This document shows positions 1-7,770 of a stretch of DNA of 25,980 bases, piece by piece. Position numbers and translations under genes: made by a program. The notes under the pieces were generated by a model. The model saw only the letters and a program-made list of their open reading frames with translations, had not been told where the DNA came from and did no database searches. The number at the start of each line of letters is the position of its first letter. The first letter of the stretch is position 1. This DNA is from an uncultured Ignavibacteriales bacterium (lineage in GTDB: Bacteria > Zixibacteria > MSB-5A5 > GN15 > FEB-12): positions 186,001 to 211,980 of the forward strand of contig CAYXJN010000006.1 of NCBI GenBank assembly GCA_964464605.1. Direction: 5' to 3'.

Positions 1-648
1 GAAAAATACGACGTGAAAGCCAAGCTCGGTATCAAAGTCGGTGATCCGATTGTACCGGACAGCCAGTTTACCAAACTGGCCAATGAAAAAATGTATATGG
101 CCAAAGCGTTCGATAACCGTTCCGCCTGTGCGGTCGTTGTCGATGCGCTCCGTGCACTCCAAAAGGTAAAACATCCGAATACGGTATTGGGGGCTGCCTC
201 AGTGCAGGAAGAAATCGGTTTGCGTGGTGCAACAACGTTGGCGCACTTAGCTGACCCGGATGTCTGTATTGTGGTTGATACGGGAATCGGGCAGGATATT
301 CCACCGGCCGGATTTAAAGTCGCCGAAAAACTCGGCGCCGGCCCGGTGATTTTGATTATGGATGCGGTTATGATTCCAAATATCAAACTGCGTGATTTAG
401 TTGTCGAAACGGCGAAAACCAAAAAGATACCGTTCCATATGAGTTATATGGATGCGGGCGGCACAGATGGCGGCAAGGTGCATATCAGCCGCCTGGGTGT
501 TCCGTCTGTAGTCGTAGGTCCGCCGGTTCGCTATATTCACAGCAATAACGCGATCATGTATCGCCCCGACTATGACAACACGGTCAAATTAGTTGTAGAA
601 TTGATTAAGAAATTAGATAAGAAAACGGTTCAATCCCTAACGAGATAG
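1..648 (+). CDS. M42 family metallo-aminopeptidase (TET/glutamyl aminopeptidase-like), 5'-truncated
   Basis: Frame is open from base 1 (EKYDVKAKLGIKVGD...). M42 motifs KAFDNR, VQEEIGLRGA, GGTDGG and RYIHS. Stop TAG at 646-648. Confidence 0.92.
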   Translation, partial: EKYDVKAKLGIKVGDPIVPDSQFTKLANEKMYMAKAFDNRSACAVVVDALRALQKVKHPNTVLGAASVQEEIGLRGATTLAHLADPDVCIVVDTGIGQDIPPAGFKVAEKLGAGPVILIMDAVMIPNIKLRDLVVETAKTKKIPFHMSYMDAGGTDGGKVHISRLGVPSVVVGPPVRYIHSNNAIMYRPDYDNTVKLVVELIKKLDKKTVQSLTR

Positions 649-650
649 TT

Positions 651-2045
651 ATGCCGCTTCGGTTTAAAAACAGTCTGACGCAAAGTTTTGAAGAGTTTCG
701 CCCGTTAACGCCGGGAAAGGCTCGTATTTATTCTTGCGGACCGACGGTGTACAATTTTGTTCATATCGGTAATCTGCGCGCGTTTATGTTCGCTGATCTG
801 CTTCGCCGCTATTTGAAATACAAGGGATACGAAGTAGAGCATGTCATGAATGTCACGGATATTGATGACAAGATTATCAAAAAGTCCCGCCAGGAAAAGC
901 GTTCACTTCGGGAATTCACCGAAGAATATACCAATGCTTTCTTTGCCGATTGCGCATCGGTCGGGATGGAAAAGGTAGAGCAAAATCCGCGGGCGACTGA
1001 TCATATCAAAGAGATGGTGGATATCATCAAAGCGCTGGTGACCAAAGGCGTCGCGTATGAGCATAACGGCAATTACTATTTCCGTATTTCTGCTTTCAAA
1101 GATTACGGAAAACTGGCGCATTTGGATATGGAAGGCCTCAAGGCCGGTGCCCGTGTCGCGGCAGATGAGTACCACAAAGATGCCGTCTCCGATTTCGCGC
1201 TTTGGAAAGCGTGGGACGCTGATGATGGTGATATTTTCTGGGAAACGGAAATCGGTAAAGGTCGTCCGGGCTGGCATATTGAGTGCTCCGCGATGTCGAT
1301 GAAATTTCTCGGCGAAACATTCGACATTCACACCGGCGGTGTGGATCTGATGTTCCCGCACCATGAAAATGAAATCGCGCAGTCACAAGGTTCGACTGGT
1401 AAAAAGTTCGTCAATTACTGGCTGCACAATGAGCATTTGATTGTCGAAGGACGCAAAATGTCCAAAAGCGCCGGTAACTTTTACACCCTGCGTGATATTT
1501 TAGCCAAAGGACATTCCGGATTGGCGGTGCGGTATTTGCTAATGGCGACACATTACCGCCAGCAGTTGAATTTCACGTTCCAGGGGCTTGAAGGCGCAGC
1601 TAATGCACTGGAACGGTATAACGATTTCATATCCAATTTAGCCGCTCACCCCGGCAACCAAACCGGAGGAGAGGCAGCGAAATATATCGAACAGGTGACA
1701 AGCGGGTTTGAGTCGAATCTCGATGATGATCTTAACATCTCCGGCGCGCTCGGTGCGATTTTTGATTTTATCCGCGATATCAACCGTATTAAAGCGGAAG
1801 GAAAACTTACCGCGCAGGAGCGGGACAAAGTGCTGGACGTGATGAACAAGTTCGACAAGGTGCTCAATTTTATCACCAAACATGATAATCTTGATGCGGA
1901 AGTTGAAAGTTTGATTCAGAAACGGACTGACGCCAAAAAAGCAAAAGATTTTGCTACCGCGGATTCACTGCGCAAACAGCTTGCGGATATGGGGATTATT
2001 TTGGAAGACACCCCGCAAGGCGTAAAATGGAAGCGCAAGGTATAG
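651..2045 (+). CDS. cysS: Cysteine--tRNA ligase
   Basis: CGPTVY, HIGN (HIGH motif), GRPGWHIECSAM, DIHTGGVDLMFPHHENE, KMSKS. Confidence 0.98.
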   Translation: MPLRFKNSLTQSFEEFRPLTPGKARIYSCGPTVYNFVHIGNLRAFMFADLLRRYLKYKGYEVEHVMNVTDIDDKIIKKSRQEKRSLREFTEEYTNAFFADCASVGMEKVEQNPRATDHIKEMVDIIKALVTKGVAYEHNGNYYFRISAFKDYGKLAHLDMEGLKAGARVAADEYHKDAVSDFALWKAWDADDGDIFWETEIGKGRPGWHIECSAMSMKFLGETFDIHTGGVDLMFPHHENEIAQSQGSTGKKFVNYWLHNEHLIVEGRKMSKSAGNFYTLRDILAKGHSGLAVRYLLMATHYRQQLNFTFQGLEGAANALERYNDFISNLAAHPGNQTGGEAAKYIEQVTSGFESNLDDDLNISGALGAIFDFIRDINRIKAEGKLTAQERDKVLDVMNKFDKVLNFITKHDNLDAEVESLIQKRTDAKKAKDFATADSLRKQLADMGIILEDTPQGVKWKRKV

Positions 2046-2062
2046 GCAGCGACGCTGCTTTT
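2045..2062 (+). terminator. Possible weak intrinsic terminator after cysS
   Basis: GGCAGC-GAC-GCTGCT hairpin followed by a short T run. Confidence 0.35.
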
Positions 2063-2072
2063 GTCTTGGTCG

Positions 2073-2090
2073 CCCACAGCTTGCTGTGGG
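2073..2090. repeat. Perfect short inverted repeat CCCACAGC-TT-GCTGTGGG
   Basis: 8-bp perfect arms with a 2-nt spacer, between cysS and the tRNA promoter. Confidence 0.7.
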
Positions 2091-2111
2091 TTCATATGAA
2101 CTAGCTGTAAC

Positions 2112-2140
2112 TTGACAAGTTTGTAATCTTCTGATACAAT
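2112..2140 (+). promoter_or_regulatory. Sigma70-type promoter of tRNA-Thr
   Basis: TTGACA (2112-2117), 17-nt spacer, TACAAT (2135-2140), with extended -10 TG at 2132-2133. Confidence 0.85.
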
Positions 2141-2157
2141 CTAGCGTTCGATCTTTA

Positions 2158-2230
2158 GCCGGTGTAACTCAGTTGGTAGAGTAACTGATTTGTAATCAGT
2201 AGGTCGGGGGTTCGAGTCCCTTCACCGGCT
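2158..2230 (+). tRNA. tRNA-Thr (anticodon TGT)
   Basis: Acceptor GCCGGTG/CACCGGC; D-arm ACTC-AGTTGGTA-GAGT; anticodon arm ACTGA-TT TGT AA-TCAGT; T-arm GGGGG-TTCGAGT-CCCTT. CCA is not encoded. Confidence 0.96.
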
Positions 2231-2909
2231 TTTTTCTGTTGAGCGCTAAATCTATCATTTCGTTTTTTAATACCCAACATGATTTTAAGTAAGTAGCCAA
2301 ATCAGCGTAATCTGTTCCTAAATTGTTAAATGCAATTCTGTCGCTGTCTGGAAGCATGATACAGTTTTCATTGAGGCATAATTGTCTTTTCTTTATGAGA
2401 TTTGCCACATGCGCTAGATTGTGTCTCATTTCCCCAAGTTTATTGCTCATTTCAACTAGCTTTTTGAAAGAAGTTTTAAGGGATGAAAAATCTGCCAGTC
2501 GGGAACTTCTTACTTCTTTTGTTATATCGTTGAATTTATGAGTAGAATACAGGCACCACTCGAAATAGCATGATGCTATAAAAAGTGTTTGGAAGCTAGG
2601 GGCTTCAATAATCACGTTGGAAACTGTTGCATCGCCTTGTTGTATCATTTGCTTAGTATGATCGCTCTGTTTGCTGTCTTGTGCTTGATTCTGTATGGCC
2701 GAAAATTCAAGAAGTTTCTCTCTTCCTTGTTGATAAGCATAAATTGCCGCATCACACGCATGACTAAGGTTTGTAACAAAACCATGCAAATTGTTGTCAG
2801 GGGGATTGTTTCTGAAAAATCAATCTAACATTAGAAGATTACGTCGAGAATTAAGGTTGGATAAATCTGGTAGATCGTAGTTGAAGGGATTATTAGTAGT
2901 TGTAGTCAT
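2196..2909 (-). pseudogene. AT-rich HEPN-like (RxxxxH) gene interrupted by one in-frame TGA at codon 30; pseudogene, readthrough gene or uORF plus ORF
   Basis: AAAGGAG SD 10 nt before ATG 2909, in frame with ORF 2196..2789. The only internal stop is TGA at 2820-2822. Motif MRHNLAH. The stop lies inside the tRNA anticodon stem on the opposite strand. Confidence 0.55.
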
Positions 2910-2924
2910 TATCGTTGATCTCCT

Positions 2925-2963
2925 TTGTAGCTGAACGCTTTAATCAAGAGTGTTCAGCTACAA
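2925..2963. repeat. 39-bp inverted repeat/hairpin (TTGTAGCTGAAC-N15-GTTCAGCTACAA)
   Basis: 12-bp perfect arms, extendable to about 17 bp with G-U pairs on the + strand. Abuts the SD of the minus-strand gene. Confidence 0.8.
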
Positions 2964-3051
2964 TTGGCAATTACATTTCAACGCAAAGTAGTAGGGTACA
3001 AAAGATAGCTCAAAGGAGTTTCTTTTTACTTGCCCTTTGCACTCAATTTCC

Positions 3052-3078
3052 GCAACATCCCTGTAACCCAGCCGTAAT
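3052..3078 (+). promoter_or_regulatory. Putative ECF-sigma promoter of the ABC exporter
   Basis: GCAAC-N16-CGTAAT resembles the ECF AAC-N16/17-CGT consensus. Confidence 0.35.
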
Positions 3079-3090
3079 AAAGGCTAAACT

Positions 3091-4038
3091 ATGGCGCAGA
3101 TAGAAATACACGACGTTACCAAAGTCTATAATCCCAACATGAAAAAAGGGGGGATTGTTGCGCTGGATGCTGTCTCGTTTACCCTGCATCCGGCGGAAAT
3201 CCTCGGATTGCTTGGGCCGAACGGCGCCGGAAAAACCACCCTCTTCAAAATTATTCTCAATCTCACCACAGCCACCAGCGGCAATGTGACCGTGTTAGGA
3301 CGCCCCTCGACCGATTATCAGGCGCGGCAACGCATAGGATATTTACCGGAAAACCATCGCTTCCCGCAGCACCATACCGCGCGGACATTACTGCAATTGT
3401 CCGGCAGCATGTACGGCATGGCGAAAGATGAAGTTGAACATCGCATTCCGGAACTGCTTACGTTAGTCGATATGGAAAAATGGGCGGATACTTCGATTCG
3501 TAAATTCTCCAAAGGGATGCTCCAGCGCACCGGACTGGCGCAGGCATTAATTACCGACCCGGACATTTTGCTTTTGGATGAACCAACCGACGGCGTCGAC
3601 CCGGTCGGCAAGGTAGAGCTATTGCAGGCGCTTGCCCGTCTGCGTGATCAGGGGAAAGCGATTATTCTTAATTCGCATCTGCTTTCGGAAGTCGAATCAG
3701 TAGCCGACCGAGTGGTTGTGTTATCCCGTGGCAAAGTCGCCCGAATCGGAACGGTTGCCGAATTTACCAGTCGTGGAACACAGTATCTGATAGAAGCAGA
3801 GTTTGGTGATATGTTAATCGAACTCGATCCGGAAATAGGGCGGGTGCTTTCGTTGTCATCGAACCGAATGATGGTCGAACTGACTAAAGTGGAACGGATA
3901 AATGATATTATTGATATGCTGCGTATCCGCCGCGTTGCTATTCGTTCGGTGCAGCCGATGAAAGTCAGTCTCGAACAGTCATTCATGGAAGTTGTCAGCG
4001 GACAGCCGCAGCAGGTTTCGTCGGGAGATTCACGATGA
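3091..4038 (+). CDS. ABC-2 type exporter ATP-binding protein
   Basis: Walker A GPNGAGKT, signature FSKGM, Walker B LLLDEP, H-loop NSH. Confidence 0.95.
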   Translation: MAQIEIHDVTKVYNPNMKKGGIVALDAVSFTLHPAEILGLLGPNGAGKTTLFKIILNLTTATSGNVTVLGRPSTDYQARQRIGYLPENHRFPQHHTARTLLQLSGSMYGMAKDEVEHRIPELLTLVDMEKWADTSIRKFSKGMLQRTGLAQALITDPDILLLDEPTDGVDPVGKVELLQALARLRDQGKAIILNSHLLSEVESVADRVVVLSRGKVARIGTVAEFTSRGTQYLIEAEFGDMLIELDPEIGRVLSLSSNRMMVELTKVERINDIIDMLRIRRVAIRSVQPMKVSLEQSFMEVVSGQPQQVSSGDSR

Positions 4039-4817
4039 TGCGCGGGATTTTACGGGATACATTTCTGGAGATTAAAGACCGGAAGGCGTTGGTAATTTAC
4101 AGTGTGTTTACCGTGCTCGGTATTTTAGCCGTAATGGTTTCCCGCTCAAGTACGATAAGTATCACCACCAATGGAGAAGAAATACCGCAGGAGTTGGTCG
4201 GTTTAGTCTGGTCAGGTGTGAATACGTTTATCTGGTTCTTGTATGCGATGTCGATTTTCTCGGTTATCGGTCTTATTCCGCGGATGATCGAAAAGGGGAG
4301 AGCGGAATTTTACCTCTCCAAACCGATCTCTCGTGATATGCTGTTTGCGAACAAACTGATTTCAGTCTGGCTTATCTATAGCTTCTTGATGATCGCCAGT
4401 TCGCTCGTCGTCATCGGTATAGCGGCGATGGTGCATAGCCCGTTTGAACCGGGGATTTTGTTGTCACCGCTTATTCATGTCGGAATTTTTGCCGTCTGGC
4501 TTATCGTTATCGGACTGTTCGGTATTTTGACCGGTTCGCAAACGACCACTATCATCCTAACGGTATCACTCTGGATTGCGCAGATGATTTTGTCTGGCTA
4601 TGAAAATTTCCTGAAACTGTTTGATTCAGAGATTATTAAGACTATTGTCACCACACTGTATTACATCCTTCCGAAGTCGACCGTTATCGGTGGAATCGGC
4701 AAGGAGTTGATTTTCGGTAAACCGATCGAAAGCTGGGAGCCAGTCTGGACGACCGCGCTCTTTGCGATTACTGCCTATATAGCCGCACTCGCCTTTTTCC
4801 GCCGGAAGAGTTTCTGA
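4035..4817 (+). CDS. ABC-2 type exporter permease
   Basis: About 6 hydrophobic helices; EKGRAEFYLSKPISR motif; ATGA overlap with the ATPase. Confidence 0.88.
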   Translation: MMRGILRDTFLEIKDRKALVIYSVFTVLGILAVMVSRSSTISITTNGEEIPQELVGLVWSGVNTFIWFLYAMSIFSVIGLIPRMIEKGRAEFYLSKPISRDMLFANKLISVWLIYSFLMIASSLVVIGIAAMVHSPFEPGILLSPLIHVGIFAVWLIVIGLFGILTGSQTTTIILTVSLWIAQMILSGYENFLKLFDSEIIKTIVTTLYYILPKSTVIGGIGKELIFGKPIESWEPVWTTALFAITAYIAALAFFRRKSF

Positions 4818-4833
4818 TCACGCTGTCTGCCCG

Positions 4834-4861
4834 TTGACTTTGGCCGTTCCTGCCATATCTT
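4834..4861 (+). promoter_or_regulatory. Sigma70-type promoter, probably leaderless transcript
   Basis: TTGACT-N16-TATCTT ends 6 nt before ATG 4868; no SD. Confidence 0.55.
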
Positions 4862-4867
4862 TACGGC

Positions 4868-5383
4868 ATGGCAACCCCAGCAAATCATAACGAACTGCTC
4901 GAACCGCTCAAAATTGCCCTGAAATTAGAGGTGGAAGGGCGTCAGTTTTTCCTCGAGGCGGCGCAAAGCTCGCAAAGTAAGTTTGCTCGCCAGACATTCG
5001 AGTTTTTAGCCAAAGAAGAAGAAAAACATATCGAAAATATCAACCGGTTTAGCCAGACGATTATCGATTCTGACGGCCGGGACTATCTTGATGTCGGTAT
5101 TTCCGATGCTGCCCAGAAACTTGCCAGCTTCAACGATCGTTTGGCGAAGCTGAAAGATGAATTCGAGCCCTCTATGTCCGATGTGCAAGCCTACCAGTTC
5201 GCGCTCGACTTTGAAAACGGGGCGGAAGAATTCTACGCCGAAAAAATGGCCGAAGCAAAAAACCCGATGGTCAAAAAGTTCTATCAATGGTTGATTGATG
5301 AAGAGTCTATGCATTCCCGCGTTTTGACCTCTTGTATGCGGTTCGCCGAAGACCCGCAAAACTGGTTTAAAACCCACAAATAG
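4868..5383 (+). CDS. Ferritin-like/rubrerythrin-family di-iron protein without rubredoxin domain
   Basis: Duplicated E...ExxH units (LEVEGRQFF...EEEKH; FENGAEEFY...EESMH). Confidence 0.88.
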   Translation: MATPANHNELLEPLKIALKLEVEGRQFFLEAAQSSQSKFARQTFEFLAKEEEKHIENINRFSQTIIDSDGRDYLDVGISDAAQKLASFNDRLAKLKDEFEPSMSDVQAYQFALDFENGAEEFYAEKMAEAKNPMVKKFYQWLIDEESMHSRVLTSCMRFAEDPQNWFKTHK

Positions 5384-5402
5384 GCCACCTTGTGGCTTTT
5401 TT
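5383..5402 (+). terminator. Intrinsic terminator
   Basis: GGCCAC-CTT-GTGGCT followed by TTTTT. Confidence 0.6.
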
Positions 5403-5423
5403 GCTTCGCTGTTTTTACCCCAC

Positions 5424-5452
5424 TTTACATCTTAGTTTGGCTTTCCTACATT
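5424..5452 (+). promoter_or_regulatory. Sigma70-type promoter of M20 peptidase-EamA operon
   Basis: TTTACA-N17-TACATT; SD-like GGAAAGGA before ATG 5492. Confidence 0.5.
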
Positions 5453-5491
5453 CTCCGCCAACAATAAGAAATATTAGGAAAGGATGTCGTC

Positions 5492-6874
5492 ATGACCCCG
5501 TTTGAATATCTCGCTGCCAATAAAGAACAGCATCGGAAAGAACTTTTCGAGTTTTTGCGTTTTCCCTCGGTTTCCGCGAAATCTGAACATAAAAAGGATG
5601 TAGCCGCATGCGCGGAATGGCTGCGAAAGCATATCGAAGATAAACTTGGTTTCAAAGCGGAGCTCCACCCGACCAAAGGGAACCCGATTGTCTATGCCGA
5701 ATACATGAATGCCGGTCCAAGCGCACCGACGGTGCTGTTTTACGGACACTACGATGTCCAGCCGCCGGAACCGTTTGAACTGTGGGAAACGCCGCCGTTC
5801 GATGCGCAGGTGCGTGGTGATTATATGTTCGCGCGTGGTGTTGCTGACGATAAAGGGCAAGTGTTCGCGCATATTAAGGGTTTGGAAGCCCTTTTAAAAA
5901 CGAATGGCAGTCTGCCGATCAATCTCAAGCTGTTTATCGAAGGTGAGGAAGAAGTCGGCTCCGAAAATCTCGAAGCATACATGAAAGAAAACAAACAGCG
6001 TCTCAAAGCCGATATTGCGGTTGTGTCCGATACGGCGCAGTTCGATAAAACGACTCCGGCCGTCACTTTCGGTTTACGCGGATTGGCATTTGTGGAAGTG
6101 TTTGTCGAAGGCCCGGATCGTGACGTTCACTCCGGCGGGTTCGGCGGCGCGATTGCGAATCCGGTCAATGTGCTTTGCTCGCTGGTTGGGCAATTACATG
6201 ATAAAAACGGCAAAATCGCCGTACCCGGTTTTTATCAGCATGTGAAAACCGCCAGTAAGTGGGAGCGGGATCAGTTCAAGAAACTCCCGTACAACGAAGC
6301 GAAATACAAAAAAGCGCTCGGTGTAGCCGCGCTTCACGGCGAAAAAGGGTTCACCACCTATGAAAAAACATGGGTGCGTCCGACGCTTGATGTCAACGGT
6401 ATTACCGGTGGATATCAGGGAGAGGGAGCCAAGACGATTATCCCGGCGAAAGCATCCTGCAAAATCACGATGCGACTCGTGCCTGATATGAACCCGGATG
6501 ATATCTGCAATAAGCTCGAAAAATATCTCAAAAAACTCGCGCCGAAATCAGTCCGTTTGAAAGTCGTCAAGCATGGTGGTTCGCGCGCAGTGACGGTTCC
6601 GACTGATGGCCCCTGGCTGGAAGCAGCAGGACGGGCGATTCAAGCCGGGTTCGGTAAAAAACCGGTCTTCATGAAAGAAGGCGGCTCGATTCCGGTAGTT
6701 GGTGGTTTCAAGCGAATGCTCGGTATTGATACGTTATTAATCGGATTCGCACAGCATGATGATTGCATACATTCGCCGAATGAACGGTTTCGCGTCGTCG
6801 ATTTCGAAAACGGCTGCAAGACTGCCGCGGCATTGCCGGGTGAATTAGCGAAAGTGTCCGGCAAGAAAAAGTGA
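5492..6874 (+). CDS. M20 family dipeptidase (Dug1/ArgE-DapE-like)
   Basis: YGHYDVQP, RGVADDKGQ, EGEEEVGS, HSGGFGG, GGSIP, HSPNE. Confidence 0.93.
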   Translation: MTPFEYLAANKEQHRKELFEFLRFPSVSAKSEHKKDVAACAEWLRKHIEDKLGFKAELHPTKGNPIVYAEYMNAGPSAPTVLFYGHYDVQPPEPFELWETPPFDAQVRGDYMFARGVADDKGQVFAHIKGLEALLKTNGSLPINLKLFIEGEEEVGSENLEAYMKENKQRLKADIAVVSDTAQFDKTTPAVTFGLRGLAFVEVFVEGPDRDVHSGGFGGAIANPVNVLCSLVGQLHDKNGKIAVPGFYQHVKTASKWERDQFKKLPYNEAKYKKALGVAALHGEKGFTTYEKTWVRPTLDVNGITGGYQGEGAKTIIPAKASCKITMRLVPDMNPDDICNKLEKYLKKLAPKSVRLKVVKHGGSRAVTVPTDGPWLEAAGRAIQAGFGKKPVFMKEGGSIPVVGGFKRMLGIDTLLIGFAQHDDCIHSPNERFRVVDFENGCKTAAALPGELAKVSGKKK

Positions 6875-7767
6875 GCCGGCCGTCGACGTTTAAGATCGTT
6901 TCGGCAGTTTTAGTCATGCAGGTAATCGGGTCGCTTGGCTACCCGATTACTGTCTACGGTCTGAAAACGATCGATCCGTATACATTCGCATTCTTTCGTT
7001 TTGTTCTGTGTGCTGTTGTCGTCATGACCGGGCAGCTTATTTGGGGAGAAAAAACACCGCCAATCGAAAAGAAGGATTGGCCCCGAATTGTCCTGCTTGG
7101 CATTTTGATAATTCCGATGAACCAACTGTTGTTTCTTGTTGGGCAATCGATGACGGCGGCTGGACATAGCGCGGTCCTTTTTTCTACCATGCCGCTCTGG
7201 ATTCTCATTTTTTCCGTAATAATTCTCAAAGAAAAGCTGATGATCAGACAGATAGTCGGGACTATTGCCGCAATCGCAGGGGTAATCGTTATCGTTACCG
7301 GTGGCGCTATCACGCTTGGGAAATCATATCTGTTGGGGGATCTGATCGTCGTCGGGTCGGTCTTCGCGTGGGTGTTCTATACGATATTAGGCAAGTCACT
7401 TGTTCGTAAGTACGGTCCATTTCGTATGACGGCGTACACGCTTGCGATCGGCACGCTCTTTTATCTCCCGTATGGATTTTATCACGTGCTCCATGCCGAT
7501 TATAGTCAGGCGACAACAGGCGCATGGCTCACCGTCGTGTATATGGCGCTCGCCATGTCGATTGTCGGCTATTCCCTTTGGTATTGGGCATTGAAATATA
7601 CGGACGCCGCTAAACTCGGTTTGTACTACAACGTGCAGCCGATTATTGCGACCAGTGTCGCCTTTTTGGTGCTGCATGAACCGATCGGGCTTCCGTTTGT
7701 TATCGGAAGTCTGATTGTGCTGGCCGGTGTATTGACTGCCGAGCTTTCCGTTATTAAGCCAAAATAA
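6871..7767 (+). CDS. DMT/EamA family transporter
   Basis: About 10 TM helices in two repeats; GTGA overlap with the upstream gene. Confidence 0.9.
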   Translation: MSRPSTFKIVSAVLVMQVIGSLGYPITVYGLKTIDPYTFAFFRFVLCAVVVMTGQLIWGEKTPPIEKKDWPRIVLLGILIIPMNQLLFLVGQSMTAAGHSAVLFSTMPLWILIFSVIILKEKLMIRQIVGTIAAIAGVIVIVTGGAITLGKSYLLGDLIVVGSVFAWVFYTILGKSLVRKYGPFRMTAYTLAIGTLFYLPYGFYHVLHADYSQATTGAWLTVVYMALAMSIVGYSLWYWALKYTDAAKLGLYYNVQPIIATSVAFLVLHEPIGLPFVIGSLIVLAGVLTAELSVIKPK

Positions 7768-7770
7768 TCT

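Noticed and set aside
2780..2822. Selenocysteine recoding of the in-frame TGA
   Set aside because: The downstream sequence is AT-rich with no convincing SECIS-like hairpin, and there is no redox-motif context.
2925..2963. Integron attC site or LexA box
   Set aside because: Too short for attC and does not match RYYYAAC/GTTRRRY; the GAAC-GTTC spacing is 15 nt, not 4.
2231..3090. Classical integrase-mediated island or prophage at tRNA-Thr
   Set aside because: No integrase, and I found no duplicated tRNA 3' end (attR) nearby.
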